A stretch of DNA of 62,879 nt, filler included, from Octopus bimaculoides (GCF_001194135.2; 7 parts of 7 records of this genome joined end to end with filler, not necessarily neighbours in it), one strand, 5' to 3'. Shown: positions 24,108-39,679, numbered from the whole stretch's first letter. A program made the numbers and translations. The notes: generated from the sequence alone by a model not told the origin.

Positions 24108-24199
24108 AACTCCCTGATGAGAAATAAATGAGGGCTCTAGCAGCCCTCTCTTCTTTGTGAGATGGCCCTCACTTGTTTCGAAACATATATGTAGGAATT
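24108..24199 (+). ncRNA. Type I hammerhead ribozyme motif (Penelope/retrozyme-like)
   Basis: Stem I AACTCC/GGAATT (1 mismatch); CTGATGA 24114-24120; stem II GAAATAA-A-TGAGGGC / GCCCTCA-C-TTGTTTC; GAAA 24180-24183; palindromic stem III ACATATATGT; GUA triplet 24191-24193. Confidence 0.75.
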
Positions 24200-24349
24200 A
24201 AAGGAACTTTCATCGACATGCGTTTTGCTCCATTTGTTGTTATCCATATATTCTCAAAATATATCACGTTAACTCGGTATAACAACCTGTAAAGCGGCTG
24301 GGATATCTAGTTTTTTTAGTGTAATTTTGCTACCCCTGGTAACTGTTAA

Positions 24350-24560
24350 CGTATTCAAATTATCGAAACTGTTCAGAAACGTGCAACAAAACGAATACCC
24401 GCCGTCAGGCATCTACCATACTCTGAACGTCTTGCTTCCCTAGGCATGGATACATTGAAGTTCAGAAGTCTGGCAACTGACTTGCTAGACACCCACAAGA
24501 TTATCTACCATCTTTCCAACAACAACAACAATCTTGGAGACTTTTTGAAATCCAATTCCA
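24350..24560 (+). mobile_element. CR1/L2-clade LINE RT C-terminal remnant
   Basis: IQIIETVQKRATKRIPAVRHLPYSERLASLGMDTLKFRSLATDLLDTHKII matches the LESVQRRATK...LSYEERL..L.L.TLE.RRLRGDLI.TYKI pattern. Confidence 0.8.
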
Positions 24561-25514
24561 AAAGTGAATTATTTAAATATACATTTAAATGTACATATAG
24601 GTGGAAAAACAGGCATATATACATATAACTATAATATATATATAATAATATAACACACACACAAGTATATAAGCTTTCTTTCTTTTTGGTGAATGGCGGG
24701 ATTGTGTCTGTTGCGCGATTCAAGGTCAGGCAGGTGTTGGGCTTTCTCGTTACCTGTATTGGTTGTTATAATACATATATGGGTGCATATGTGTTTTGTG
24801 TCTTGCGCATATTTCTGCGCCTGTGGATAAACTCGTAATTATGTACTGAGTGTGCCTGTCGCGTCAGTTCAGAAGTGTGCGTGCTTTATTACAACTGTCT
24901 ATGAATGTGCGCGTGTTCCAGACGTACATGTGATTGTGTGCACGCATTCACCTCAAACAGGGAACCCCTGGCAGGTTATACAAACTTTCACTTGACTCTA
25001 ATCGATTGTATTTTTAAAACGAAAATTAGTTTGTTCTGTTATTTATTGAGGAATCCTAGAATTTCTAGGTTTTTATGCAGATCTTTTTAGCTATGTATCT
25101 CAGGGCACTTATGATAATGGGTACAAATGAAAGCCATTTGTCTGAATTTAAATGCAGGAGGTTTCTCATTGGTTGTTCCTTTGTTCAATTTTTGACGAGT
25201 CATTCACATCTGCCAGGCAGCTGATGTCTACAACAGTTCACGTATTGTGGTCCTTATCCGTACAACAGTATCTAGCCTTATACAGGTCTCTTTTTCTATT
25301 GGAATGTTCCACCAGTACTCACTATGTAGAGACATGTATACATACTGCAATGTATGTATGTATGCATACTGCAATGTATGTGTGCATGTATGGTTGTATG
25401 AATGTATGCATGCATGCATGTATGAATGTATTATGTATATATATGTGTGTGTATTATGTATGTATGTATGTATGTATGTATGTGTAGGTGCGTCCATGTT
25501 GTGCATTATGCCCA

Positions 25515-25575
<61 letters not shown>

Positions 25576-26156
25576 GCTAATATGGATGTATATACTAAAG
25601 TAGTCGAATCCAATATGATCATGGTGTAGACACTTGGTTAGCTTCAAGCATGCAAAAGGCTTATATAAATAACACAAAGTAGATGATAATCGATCAATAA
25701 ATTTAATAAATCGATGTATCCAATATACTTCGTCCCATATCACATTCGACAGAAATTCCCTATAAGATGACCGCCACTACACATGTCCACTATATAGTAA
25801 TAAGAGCTGCGAATTTTGCAAAAGACACACCGAAAACCTCTTATGAAATTTTAAGGTGCTGCATATATGCTTTGTATTGTTTCTTTTTTGGTACTTTCTA
25901 TCTGCCACTCAAAAGCCCATTATCGTAAGGAATTGCTCTCGTTCGACTGTTGAAATGAATGAACCTTTGACGGTTTTCTTTGGCGAACTCATTACGACAA
26001 TGGACATTTAAAAGACAAGTAGAAAAGTACCCACCGAAGAGAAGTATGACTGAATATCTATGTATCTATGTCACACCTCAAAGTTACATAATATGCATTC
26101 GGTGAGTTTTACGTGTAGTACGTAACCTATTCCTTTCCTGTCATCCCCTGATATAC

Positions 26157-26188
<32 letters not shown>

Positions 26189-27828
26189 NNNNNNNNNNNN
26201 NNNNNNNNNNNNNNNNNNNNNNNNNNNNNNNNNNNNNNNNNNNNNNNNNNNNNNNNNNNNNNNNNNNNNNNNNNNNNNNNNNNNNNNNNNNNNNNNNNNN
26301 NNNNNNNNNNNNNNNNNNNNNNNNNNNNNNNNNNNNNNNNNNNNNNNNNNNNNNNNNNNNNNNNNNNNNNNNNNNNNNNNNNNNNNNNNNNNNNNNNNNN
26401 NNNNNNNNNNNNNNNNNNNNNNNNNNNNNNNNNNNNNNNNNNNNNNNNNNNNNNNNNNNNNNNNNNNNNNNNNNNNNNNNNNNNNNNNNNNNNNNNNNNN
26501 NNNNNNNNNNNNNNNNNNNNNNNNNNNNNNNNNNNNNNNNNNNNNNNNNNNNNNNNNNNNNNNNNNNNNNNNNNNNNNNNNNNNNNNNNNNNNNNNNNNN
26601 NNNNNNNNNNNNNNNNNNNNNNNNNNNNNNNNNNNNNNNNNNNNNNNNNNNNNNNNNNNNNNNNNNNNNNNNNNNNNNNNNNNNNNNNNNNNNNNNNNNN
26701 NNNNNNNNNNNNNNNNNNNNNNNNNNNNNNNNNNNNNNNNNNNNNNNNNNNNNNGTACGTAACCTATTCCTTTCCTGTCATCCCCTGATATACATATGTA
26801 TATATATATATACATACTAAATTATGGATTAAAACAGCTCTAGTAATGTAAAATTAATTGATGGTACATACACAGAATATATGTCTTGTTTATATACTGA
26901 ATTTGCTGCGAGATCGTCTGAGAAGGCTCTCTATATGCCACTAGAGAGAAACACAGGGGAGATAATTAGCTTCACGGTAACTATAATCCGTGTCTTATGA
27001 ATATCAAAATTTACGTAAACCAACACTGGAATGCTTTATGACGTGTCCGGTGGTTTATCCTTAATTTCCGCTAAGGTGTATTTTGTAACCCGCGGACATG
27101 AAGAAAAAATCTCGCTCCTTGTATTTACAGTCTGTTGAAGATCTTACGTTTTTTTAAAAGATATAGTTTTTCAAGCGAGCAGATACACAGAGATATCTTG
27201 TCCTATATCAGCATGAAGATTACTTTACTGCCGAAACATATGTAAAAGTTAAGAGAGTTCCCCAAAATTGATTATTCTAACAGCTTGTCATACAACTTCT
27301 GACTTGTTTAAATATAATTAATTCTCTAGTCAGTATCCAACTTGCTTGCTCTTTATAGTTCTAATTCCGTTCCTATACCTTGTGTTTGCGTTTTCATTTT
27401 CTTGGTCGTTAGTGCTAAAGGTGTTATCAGACGATCCCAATTTGTGCCGCCGGCAGGTGAACCACAGAAGTGTAGAAGCACTACCTCAAAGTTACACTGA
27501 TTGCAAATATGTGCTGTTTGTGGTGGGTAGAACCTAGGGAGTTGAGTTTATTGGTCAGGAAGTAATGAAGTCACACGTACAGAAAATCGCATTTATCGGT
27601 GTCAACACCTACATCCGAAAATTGTGCTAACCAACGCATGAAACCTAAAGTTATGAACCAAATCCACAAATGAAGACAGTATTGATCCACCAATTCAGTA
27701 TTGCGTACTCGGTTTATGACTTTCAGATATAAATGTGTGTGTGTGTGTGTGTGCGTGTATCTATACATACATATATATTGATAGACATACTAGACACCCC
27801 CCCATATATATGCACACATAATGCATCC

Positions 27829-27862
<34 letters not shown>

Positions 27863-28639
27863 TTATACGTACACATATACATATATATTTAGACACAAAC
27901 ATACATACATACACATATATATATACACACATACATACATTTATATATATATATATATATATATATNNNNNNNNNNNNNNNNNNNNNNNNNNNNNNNNNN
28001 NNNNNNNNNNNNNNNNNNNNNNNNNNNNNNNNNNNNNNNNNNNNNNNNNNNNNNNNNNNNNNNNNNNNNNNNNNNNNNNNNNNNNNNNNNNNNNNNNNNN
28101 NNNNNNNNNNNNNNNNNNNNNNNNNNNNNNNNNNNNNNNNNNNNNNNNNNNNNNNNNNNNNNNNNNNNNNNNNNNNNNNNNNNNNNNNNNNNNNNNNNNN
28201 NNNNNNNNNNNNNNNNNNNNNNNNNNNNNNNNNNNNNNNNNNNNNNNNNNNNNNNNNNNNNNNNNNNNNNNNNNNNNNNNNNNNNNNNNNNNNNNNNNNN
28301 NNNNNNNNNNNNNNNNNNNNNNNNNNNNNNNNNNNNNNNNNNNNNNNNNNNNNNNNNNNNNNNNNNNNNNNTTCTGCAGTTCTCTTGGTACCATAGATTG
28401 GTCACTCTCTTTACAGAAATACTGTTTCTTTTCTTTTATGCTTTGCTTTTCTCTCTCTCTCTATTTCTCTCTCTCCCTCTCACTCCCCTTCCCCAGATCA
28501 TCCCTCCTCCCCCTCTTTCTTTCTGGGTCTCTCTCTTTCTCTCTCCCTCTCTTTACTTTTTCTCGTTCACTCTTTCACTTTCTAATTGTCTCTTTGTCTC
28601 ACTTTCTTAATATCCCCGATTCATATGTCTGTCAGTCTC

Positions 28640-28683
<44 letters not shown>

Positions 28684-29170
28684 CCTATCTGTCTGTCTGT
28701 CTTCTGGCTGTCGATCCATCTATTTATTAGATTCTTCTTCACTTTCACTCTTACAGAGAACAACTTTAAACCCCTAACCCTCCATCCACCCATCCACCCA
28801 CCCAACACGCGCTTATTCATTCATTCATTCTTGCACACATCCACCCATCGCCCACCCACACATCCATCATCCACCCATCTACCCATCCATCCAACCAACC
28901 AATCCATCCATCCATCCATCCATCCATCCATCCTTCCGTCCACCCTTCCATCTACCCGTCCGTCCACCCGTTCACCCATTACTTATAACTCATCAATGAA
29001 TGAGATGTTTTTTTTTGTTTTTGTTTTCATTTGTTGTTGTGATTCTTTTCCTGTTTCAATGAACGGTTGCCTAGTAACAGCCCTATACCGACACAGCCTG
29101 CCAAGCTGCCAACCGTTATTATTAGCACGTGTGGAAAATTGTGTATTTATGTATGTGTGTTTGTGAGCGC

Positions 29171-29222
<52 letters not shown>

Positions 29223-29648
29223 GTGCGTGTGTGTGTGTGTGTATGTGTGTGTGAGTGCAGATATATATGTGTATGTATGTTTGTATGCATGTATGTATGT
29301 ATGCATGTATGTATGTATGTGCGTATGTATGTATATGTGTATGTGTGCGTGTGTGTAGGTGTATGTATGTATGTATGTGTGTATGTGTGTGTACGTATGT
29401 GTGTGTGTGTGTGTGTGTAGATATATGTATGTATGTATATACGTGCGTGTACGTGTGCGTGTGACTTTAGATATATGTGTGCATACTTATGAGGAAATAA
29501 GTGTGCGCATTGGTCTTGACAATGCGAGCCAGGATTTTCGGTTAATATTTTTTAAAGTTTCCGGTTTAATTTAAGCCTATTTACGGAATGGGTAGAGCGT
29601 CGAGNNNNNNNNNNNNNNNNNNNNNNNNNNNNNNNNNNNNNNNNNNNN

Positions 29649-29660
29649 TTAATTAATTAA
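29649..29660. other. Artificial assembly linker
   Basis: TTAATTAATTAA between N runs. Confidence 0.95.
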
Positions 29661-29704
29661 NNNNNNNNNNNNNNNNNNNNNNNNNNNNNNNNNNNNNNNN
29701 NNNN

Positions 29705-29756
<52 letters not shown>

Positions 29757-29805
29757 TATGTACATATGCACATATGTTTGTACATAAACACATATATGAA
29801 TGTAC

Positions 29806-29841
<36 letters not shown>

Positions 29842-32800
29842 GAAGGAGGTCCCAGATACAGTGATCACTCGTAGTATATGTATGTGCGCATGTATGGATG
29901 GACGTATGCACGTATGTACGTACGTATTTATGTATAATTTTCCATACTTTTATTTTCTCTGCGATTCTCAATTACAATGACATTGTTGTAGCTCGCAAAT
30001 TTTACGGCTCTTGTTTTATATCATTAATTATAAATCAGTTTGCTATACGCATACACACACATACACACACACGCACTTGCACACGCACACAACCTCGCTA
30101 ATATAGGCAGTGACATACAGACCCCTCACACACAATGACACACATACACTCATATAAATAGTGATATATTTATATACATACATACATAGACACACACATA
30201 TATATATATATACATACATACATACATACATATATATATATANNNNNNNNNNNNNNNNNNNNNNNNNNNNNNNNNNNNNNNNNNNNNNNNNNNNNNNNNN
30301 NNNNNNNNNNNNNNNNNNNNNNNNNNNNNNNNNNNNNNNNNNNNNNNNNNNNNNNNNNNNNNNNNNNNNNNNNNNNNNNNNNNNNNNNNNNNNNNNNNNN
30401 NNNNNNNNNNNNNNNNNNNNNNNNNNNNNNNNNNNNNNNNNNNNNNNNNNNNNNNNNNNNNNNNNNNNNNNNNNNNNNNNNNNNNNNNNNNNNNNNNNNN
30501 NNNNNNNNNNNNNNNNNNNNNNNNNNNNNNNNNNNNNNNNNNNNNNNNNNNNTATATGATATTTGTTTGTGCTTGTGTTCGAGTATGTATAGCCGTGTAT
30601 ATGTGTTAGTGTGTTTATGTAAGTGTGTAATGGTATGTACTAGTGTTTGAATGATGTCGTCGCTTATTAAATTAGAAATTCCATGCCGATATTCACTCAG
30701 AGACTACCATTCTTAGTTTGATGGTTTTTATTCATTCTTCTTTGTAATATAAAAGTGACTTTGTTATGACATAGTTGTGAGATTTCGGAGAAATCAAACA
30801 CACGCATCTAATTTCATTCCACTATATCAGTAAATAAGCTGACGAGGCTAGCACAATCTTTAGTGCGTCAGACAAAACGCTTAACGGTACTTTCTTCCCG
30901 CTTATTACATTCGAAGTTCATATTCCGCCGAGGTCTCACGAGTCTAGAGTCCTAAATATGATTTATTAAATCAATATGTGGTTGATTGCTGTTGATAAAT
31001 ACTATATGATTGACTGCACTGATTTTCTCGTGAGCTTTAGGGAGCTAGGGGCCATTCCTCTCCGATCAAGTTCCAGTGCCGAGCCTGCATCTTGGATTTG
31101 TGGTGCTTGTTGCCCCAGACCATTGGAAGTTTGAAGAACAAAGAAAGTGGGACTGGCGTTCCTCTAACCATACCCACTATTCTTTTAATGTTGCAGTTAT
31201 TGACTGCGGCCATGCTGGAGCACTGCCTTTAGTCGAACAAATCGACCCCAGGACTTATTCTTTGTGAGCCTAGTACCTATTCTAACGTCTCTTTAGCTGA
31301 ACTGCTAGGTTACGGAATCGTAAACACACCAACGTCGGTTGACAAGCGATGGTGGGGGACAAATACAGACACACAAATACATACATACATACATATGTAT
31401 GTATTTGTGTGTCTGTATTTGGACAGATAAAGGGATTAAGTCGATTACAACGACCCCAGTTCGTAAATGGCATTTATTTAATCGACCCCGAAAGGATGAA
31501 AGGCAAAGTCGACCTCGCCGGAATTTGAACTCAGAACGCAACGGCAGACGAAATACTGCTATGCATTTCGCTACTAAGCCCTTATTTCATTCTTTCTGAG
31601 CTTTTCTTCAATAAGACCCATGTTATTCTGGTGACTGAAAAGCCAAAATTGGAACTGTTCATATGATACATGGATGCTAGGATAGTATGCCCTGTATTTC
31701 ACAGTGACATACAGGCAAAGACCTTGTCTCATTCGTCCCGAGTAGTAAAAAGCTTCCCTTTCATTTCATAAGTCCCAAGTTATTCTGGTGGTTGAAAAGA
31801 ATATTGGGTATATGCGTTATGACCCAAGGACGCCAAGGTATTAAGTTCTGTGTGTAACAGTTCTACACAAGCAAGGGGATAGTTCAATGACGTGCAATAC
31901 AAAAAGACTCCCGTCAAAGCTATTAAGATCGACGATCTTTCCATTTTCTATGTACATGAAACGATAAGTTAACTGTCTTTTAGGCATGCATCATAATATC
32001 TGCATTTGGAGGTTTTAGGTTCTATAAACGTCTTCGTCAATCAAAAATATATATTGCCTGATGGGGTCACAATCAATTAATTGTTAGTTTGTTTAAGGTG
32101 ACGCTCAATGCAAATAAACCTCCGTGGAAGCTGGCAGAAACGAGCGATTAAAACGTTCGCTTCTCAATCATATGATTACATGTTTTATTCTATTTTATGG
32201 CTCCTTTAAAAAAGATAGCACCATAAAAATTTCCAATGACCTCAGTATATTGAAATTCTCTATGGGAATAAGGTTTCGTCGTAGGGTAGTAACATTATTT
32301 GATATTCCTGACAAACCCGATCAGTTAAATTTCTCTCCATTTATTGAGCTGTTTATTATAAAGAGAAGTTTTTGTATATTCAGGGAAAGTATCTGTCTGT
32401 TGTTGCATACGCAGAAAAGAGACAGAAGACAAATAACAACTGTATGTTACTTTGAATATACTTAAACATAACAAATAGCTCAGGAGGCGACATTGTGCGC
32501 AAGTATTTTTCGACATTATCATTGTTAAAATTGCTTCCAGCGAAATTTATAGAGTTGTTTGGAACAAGGAAGGATGTGATTATCTACGCAGGGCGAATGT
32601 AAATTACTCTAAGCAATGAAAATCTGTTACGGATATAGAAAGCTATATGTTTGAGAGGAATATGTAACTTTTCTATAAATCTCCGTTGTCTACTGTGTTT
32701 CTTAGATAACAATCACAAACAATTCGTCATCTGCGTAGTTAATATTGTTGTCGCCGTCGCCATTATCTTGTTCTTCTTTTTCTTCTTTTTCATCACAATT

Positions 32801-33195
32801 TTATTATCATTTTATCATCATCATCATCGTCATCATCGTCATCATCATCATCATCATCGTCATCGTCATCATCATCATCATCATCACCATCATCATCATT
32901 ATTATCATTCACCATCATTTATTACAAATGGATGGCAAAATATCTTGTGGTATACGTTCATGCACTTTGCTTTCTGAGTTCAAATCCCACCGCGACCAAC
33001 ACGCTTTTTCATCCCCACCCAAATACAGAGATCGATGATAACGACTAATCCAATTTCCTCAAATTTGCGGGCATTGTGCCTAAATTAGAAAGAATTATCC
33101 TTATCCTTATTATTACCACTGCTGTTTTGTTGTTGTTGTTGCTGCTTAACACTTCTATTCCGTAGTGTGTATACATATACATATGTGTGTATGTG

Positions 33196-33297
<102 letters not shown>

Positions 33298-34139
33298 ACT
33301 AATCTCGTCTACCAAATAATAGTAGAAGACCTTTGTCCAAGCTACGACGAAAGGAGTGTTAACTCACTCGAAACCTCATACTTGTTAATCACATAGTAGC
33401 CAAATGAATAGCATCGTCTGATATAATCCTCTCCGATCTAGTTCCAGACTTCGTTTGGATCTGTTCTGACATCTCTTACACCTACCGTCCCTCGTGTCTC
33501 GTCTTCACATTGCATTATCTCCCTTTTTTGCTTTATATGCACACTCTTCTTCCTACTTTAGTATCCTTTATTATTGCAAGTTCCTTTCTGTGTTTACTAA
33601 CTTTTGAGTAAGATTTTATATTTATCATCTGAAGTTATGTATTGCTAGTATTTCCTTTCCTATCATATCTCTGTATTATACTTTCACTTTCACTATCGCT
33701 ATCACTACTAATTGTAGAAGAGATCAAATGGTTGAAATCTGTGGCATATATTTCATGTGTTTTGATTATTGCTTTAAGACTTTCACAAGAATTCTTTATG
33801 GCACTTTTCAACACTTTTCGAAGTTTTCTTCGATAATGACTTACTGTTAGACACGATATTCTCTCAATATACTTTCTAGTCTCTGAGACTGTCTTTTATT
33901 TCGTTTACCATTAGATTATCTGTCTGAATGTCACCGTCTGATTGGTGGTTTGTATTCATTGAGGCCTGAAGAGGTTACATACCTTGTCATGTGCTACAAT
34001 CAACCATTACTGCCTCCTCTCGCCTCGGTTATTGCTGTACACTGTTAATTTCTTCTGTTGCATCTTAAACATCTCGTCTGATGTTTGACAGAAAAACGGT
34101 TGGCGTCTATATTTTATCTGACGGTTCATAATTCCGTGT

Positions 34140-34141
34140 GT

Positions 34142-34173
<32 letters not shown>

Positions 34174-34442
34174 GCACTACTGCTGCTGCTGCCGCTACTA
34201 CTACTACTACAACTACTACTACTACTACTACTACTACTGCTACTGCTTCTGCTGCTACTACTACTACTGCTGCTGTTGCTGCTGCTTCTGCTGCTGAGTT
34301 CAATTTCTGAGTTCAATTTCTGCCAAGGTCCGGTTTGCTTTTCACGCTTTCGGGCTCCATCAAATGAGTACCAGTTGAACACTGGGGTCGATTTAATAGG
34401 TTAGCACTTCCCATTAAATTGCTGGCCCTGTGCCAAAATTTG

Positions 34443-34477
<35 letters not shown>

Positions 34478-34581
34478 GTCATCATCAACATCATCATCAT
34501 CATCATCATCATAATCATCATCATCATCATCATCATCGTCATCACCATAATCATCATCATAATCATCACCATAATCATCAC

Positions 34582-34641
<60 letters not shown>

Positions 34642-34933
34642 TATCATCCTTATTAAAGTTGGTGAGCTGGCAGAATCGTTAGCGCGTCGGAGAAAATGCT
34701 TAGCGCCATGTCTTCCACTGCAATAAGCTCTGAGTTCAAATACCGCCAATGTAGAGTTTGCCTTCCATCCTTTCGATGTCGATAAATAAACTACCCAGTT
34801 CAGCCATGGGATCGATGTAATCGATTCACCACTCCCCACAAACGTTGCTGAACTTATACTAAACATTAAAACCAATATTTCTTTTCTGTTGTCGCTATTG
34901 ATAATGAGGAGGAAGAGAGGGAGGATGAGGGGC

Positions 34934-34966
<33 letters not shown>

Positions 34967-34975
34967 GTGATGGTG

Positions 34976-35008
<33 letters not shown>

Positions 35009-35454
35009 GCGGCGAGCTGGCAGAAATGTCACGAAATGCTGCTAAACATTTCGTATGTCTTTACGTTCTGCGTTCAAATTCCGCCGAGGTCGACTTTGCC
35101 TTTCATCCTTTCGGGGTCGATAAATTAAGCACCAGTTGGTACTTAAGTACCAGTTGCGTACAATCGATCTAATCGACTGCCCCTCCCCAAACTTCGGGCC
35201 TTGTGCCTAGAGTAGAAAAGGATGATGATGAGGAGGAGGAGGAGGAGGAGGAAGAGGAGGAGCAGGAGGAGCAGGGGCAGGAGGAAGAGGATGACGACGA
35301 CGATGATGATGATGGTGATGAAGATGACCATCATAACCATGATGATGATGGTGATGATGATGACGATGATGATGATGACGAAGACGACGACGATGACGAT
35401 GAGGATGATGACGACGACGACGACGACGATGATGATGATGGTGATGATGATGAC

Positions 35455-35501
<47 letters not shown>

Positions 35502-35512
35502 CGATGATGATG
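34140..35512. repeat. Cluster of trinucleotide microsatellites (TAC/TGC, CAT, GAT, GAG/GAC) interleaved with family B SINEs
   Basis: Seen directly; source of the poly-I/M/D/E/L ORFs. Confidence 0.9.
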
Positions 35513-36139
35513 TTGCTCTCTTTATTCCATTCTTGTCGACGGTATATGTACCTCAGCGGTTATTTCGCTGAAGTGCACCTCCCGTTTGCGATATCTTTTA
35601 AAACGAATGCATTGAAAATTGGTTTCGTAACTAATATGTCTGCTTTTGACGAGATCAAAGAACTATCAGCAGTGACTGAAGCCATGTTCAGCCAGCCAAC
35701 CAGCAAGCCAGCCAGCCAGCCAACCAGCCTGCTTCACAATTTCCAGTAAATCGAGGATCGGTGCTTACTTCCCCAACTTGTGCCGAAAATAAGTTTTGTT
35801 GTGTAGATAACACTCGTTTAATTTCCAGAAGCTTCCTTTCTAGTCGCTTGCTGATAAAATTGGCGGTAAGGACACCAGCTCTTGGATCGTTTGTGGAATT
35901 TCGGTAAAGATCACATGCTAAAAATCCGTTAATGTGCTGATGTTACTACTGTTCATGTTATAACTTCTTTTAAGCATAGACGTGTGCTGTATATAGTCGC
36001 ATTGTATATCCTGGTCGAAAATAAGTATACTTCATCTGCGATGTTATTCATACGACTTCCATGCGACTGTGTGATATGTAGCGAGTCGTCAAATAGATTC
36101 ATTCGTTTCTTTCCAATGTTATTTGAATTAGTAATCTTA

Positions 36140-36630
<491 letters not shown>

Positions 36631-37385
36631 GCGATAGATATTTTTATCGTAGTGTTTTATGATGTTTTTTTCCTATCTTTATTTTTAGTTTTAGTTTTAG
36701 CTTTATTCCTCTACAACTTTTGTTTATCGGTTTTGAAATTTGAATAATTTTTTTACCTTTCTGCAGATATATGGTGATGGAGTGCCAAGCAGGTAATAAA
36801 AAAAAGGCCATTTTCTTCTCTTCGCTTTTAGTCAAGGAACGAAATTTATCAAAGCCGATCGAGACATTTGTGTTGTGAATGGAGAATGCTCTATTACTGA
36901 GAGAACTACATAGAAATGGTTTCCACATTTTGAGTAGGGGGGAAGTCGACCTCATATTCGAGCTAAACTGCTAACTTCAATAAGGTTCGATTGAACGAGA
37001 TCACATACGAGGATACGCGCTAATCCGCTAGGGAACCGGCCTAACAAATCAGATGCTCTTATTCCGTTACCTTCACTCGACAGAAGGGCTCCCAGAACTC
37101 GATGTATGGGTCACAGAAGCTCCGAACGAAAGAGACAATTGGAAAAAGATAAACGAGTTTATCTAACAACACCCACTATCTTTTTTTCCTGTTTTGGGTT
37201 TCATTTTTACACATTTGATTCTTTATTTATCCTTCTAGTTACGCATGTAACCATTTTCAGCTGTGTGGAGCGGAACAACGTGAAATGAAGAGTTTGCTTC
37301 TGAAATGGAACCGACGACCTTGCGATCGTCAGTGCAACAATCTAACCATCAGGCTACGCACCTTCACCTTACACATGCATATACA

Positions 37386-37443
<58 letters not shown>

Positions 37444-38222
37444 NNNNNNNNNNNNNNNNNNNNNNNNNNNNNNNNNNNNNNNNNNNNNNNNNNNNNNNNN
37501 NNNNNNNNNNNNNNNNNNNNNNNNNNNNNNNNNNNNNNNNNNNNNNNNNNNNNNNNNNNNNNNNNNNNNNNNNNNNNNNNNNNNNNNNNNNNNNNNNNNN
37601 NNNNNNNNNNNNNNNNNNNNNNNNNNNNNNNNNNNNNNNNNNNNNNNNNNNNNNNNNNNNNNNNNNNNNNNNNNNNNNNNNNNNNNNNNNNNNNNNNNNN
37701 NNNNNNNNNNNNNNNNNNNNNNNNNNNNNNNNNNNNNNNNNNNNNNNNNNNNNNNNNNNNNNNNNNNNNNNNNNNNNNNNNNNNNNNNNNNNNNNNNNNN
37801 NNNNNNNNNNNNNNNNNNNNNNNNNNNNNNNNNNNNNNNNNNNNNNNNNNNNNNNNNNNNNNNNNNNNNNNNNNNNNNNNNNNNNNNNNNNNNNNNNNNN
37901 NNNNNNNTATATAGATATATATAGACATTCATAACCAAACGCATATTTGTAAATGTAACTTTTGTTTGTAGCTTTAAAGATGGATATTAATTTCGTAGCA
38001 GCATAAAAGGGAAGAAATGTTGTATTCTTTATGTAAATAAACGAGGAAAATATCGTTCGTATCAAATATTGGGTATTTAATATTTAGAAAGCGTATATTT
38101 ACAGTAAACAAAAATTCAATTCCGAAATTGAATTATCTTCGTGTTCCTTGTGTTGTTGATTTAGGGATCCGATGAAGAACACGAACGTCGTCTCTCCTTG
38201 TTGTTGTTGGTGGTGGTGGTGT

Positions 38223-38267
<45 letters not shown>

Positions 38268-38403
38268 CGATGGCGTTGTTATGATTAAAAATTCCTGATC
38301 GAGCAGATTTTTGTTCAAAGACATTCCAATGAATGTCCACCTCGATATTGGTTTCCGGTTTTCTTGATGTTTTTGCTGCTGCTGCTGCTGCTGCTGCTTC
38401 TCC

Positions 38404-38440
<37 letters not shown>

Positions 38441-38559
38441 GCTAGAGCTGTTTGTTCGTTTACGTCTGTTTTCGTTCGAACAGGTCGGCGATGTTATTAA
38501 GCAGTCGGCAACAACTGCAACAACATCACCATCAGCACTATGGTCATCATTATAATCAC

Positions 38560-38592
<33 letters not shown>

Positions 38593-38689
38593 CATCATCA
38601 CCGTCATCGTCCTTATCACCATCACCATCATCAACGTTGTCATCATTACCATTACTGTCATCACCATCAATATCCGCCTCATGTTCATC

Positions 38690-38729
<40 letters not shown>

Positions 38730-38782
38730 GAGAATATANNNNNNNNNNNNNNNNNNNNNNNNNNNNNNNNNNNNNNNNNNNN

Positions 38783-38794
38783 TTAATTAATTAA
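38783..38794. other. Artificial assembly linker
   Basis: TTAATTAATTAA between N runs. Confidence 0.95.
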
Positions 38795-38981
38795 NNNNNN
38801 NNNNNNNNNNNNNNNNNNNNNNNNNNNNNNNNNNNNNNACTACTGGGTACTGCACACATTCTACGCAAAACACTTTCAATACAGTAAACATAAGAGCACC
38901 ACAGCAAACCACAGCACATACCCAAGGCGCACAGAGCTGCGCTCGGTAGTGAAGTGAAAGCACGTTATAAAAATAAAACTA

Positions 38982-39012
<31 letters not shown>

Positions 39013-39679
39013 TTAATAATTCTTTATATTGCAGGCACAAGGTCTGAAATTTGGGGGTGGGGACTAGCCCTCAATGATTCACTGGTACTTAATTTACCAA
39101 CCCCGAAAGGATGGAAGGCAAAGCCGACCTCGGTAGAATTTGAACTCAGAACGTAGCGACAAATGAAATACCGCTAAGCATTTCGTCCATAGCATTTGCT
39201 ATGCGAATTCTTGAGTTTAAAAGCCAAAGGAGATCAAAGGACAAAATCCCTATTAGGAACGAAGACATGAGAACTAAATTGAACCATTCAAAAGAGGGTT
39301 AGGAGTGAAATAAGAACGAAATGCAAATAAGGTACATCGTAATCAGCAAAGAACTGCTAGTAGTAAAAGCAGTGTGAGGTGAAAAAAATAATAAATAAGA
39401 AAAATAAAATAAAAAAGCAAGTTCCAACAGAGAACAAAACAATACACTTCAAGAAAGAAAAATAAATCTATAAATGACTAAACAATAAAGAAGAGCATTA
39501 GGTGTCATGATATGCCCGATACTGGTAAGAAATCTGGAGCAAAGTAGTCCAACATAAAATAAAAACAGACCGGTTGTGAAAATTTAAAAGAGAAATGGAA
39601 GATGGAATGACATAAAGAAAATATAACAATTACGGATAAGAAGATGAAAGAGATGATCAAGAAAAGCTCAAGCCCCTGG

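Noticed and set aside
25090-25320. Exon-like sequence (also 27360-27720 and 31040-31200)
   Set aside because: All frames close quickly or give unrecognisable peptides; no consistent splice partners
26096-26815. About 60-bp direct repeat on both sides of a gap
   Set aside because: Identical sequence ending in (TA)n on both flanks indicates an unmerged contig overlap
33341-33375. GAGTG/CACTC hairpin followed by GAAAC
   Set aside because: Upstream reads CTACGACGAAAG rather than CUGANGA, and there is no stem III or NUH
35203-35749. Poly-E/D, poly-M and poly-I/H ORFs (also 32651-33038, 34430-34935, 38452-38794)
   Set aside because: Translations of trinucleotide microsatellites adjoining SINEs, with no splice or homology support
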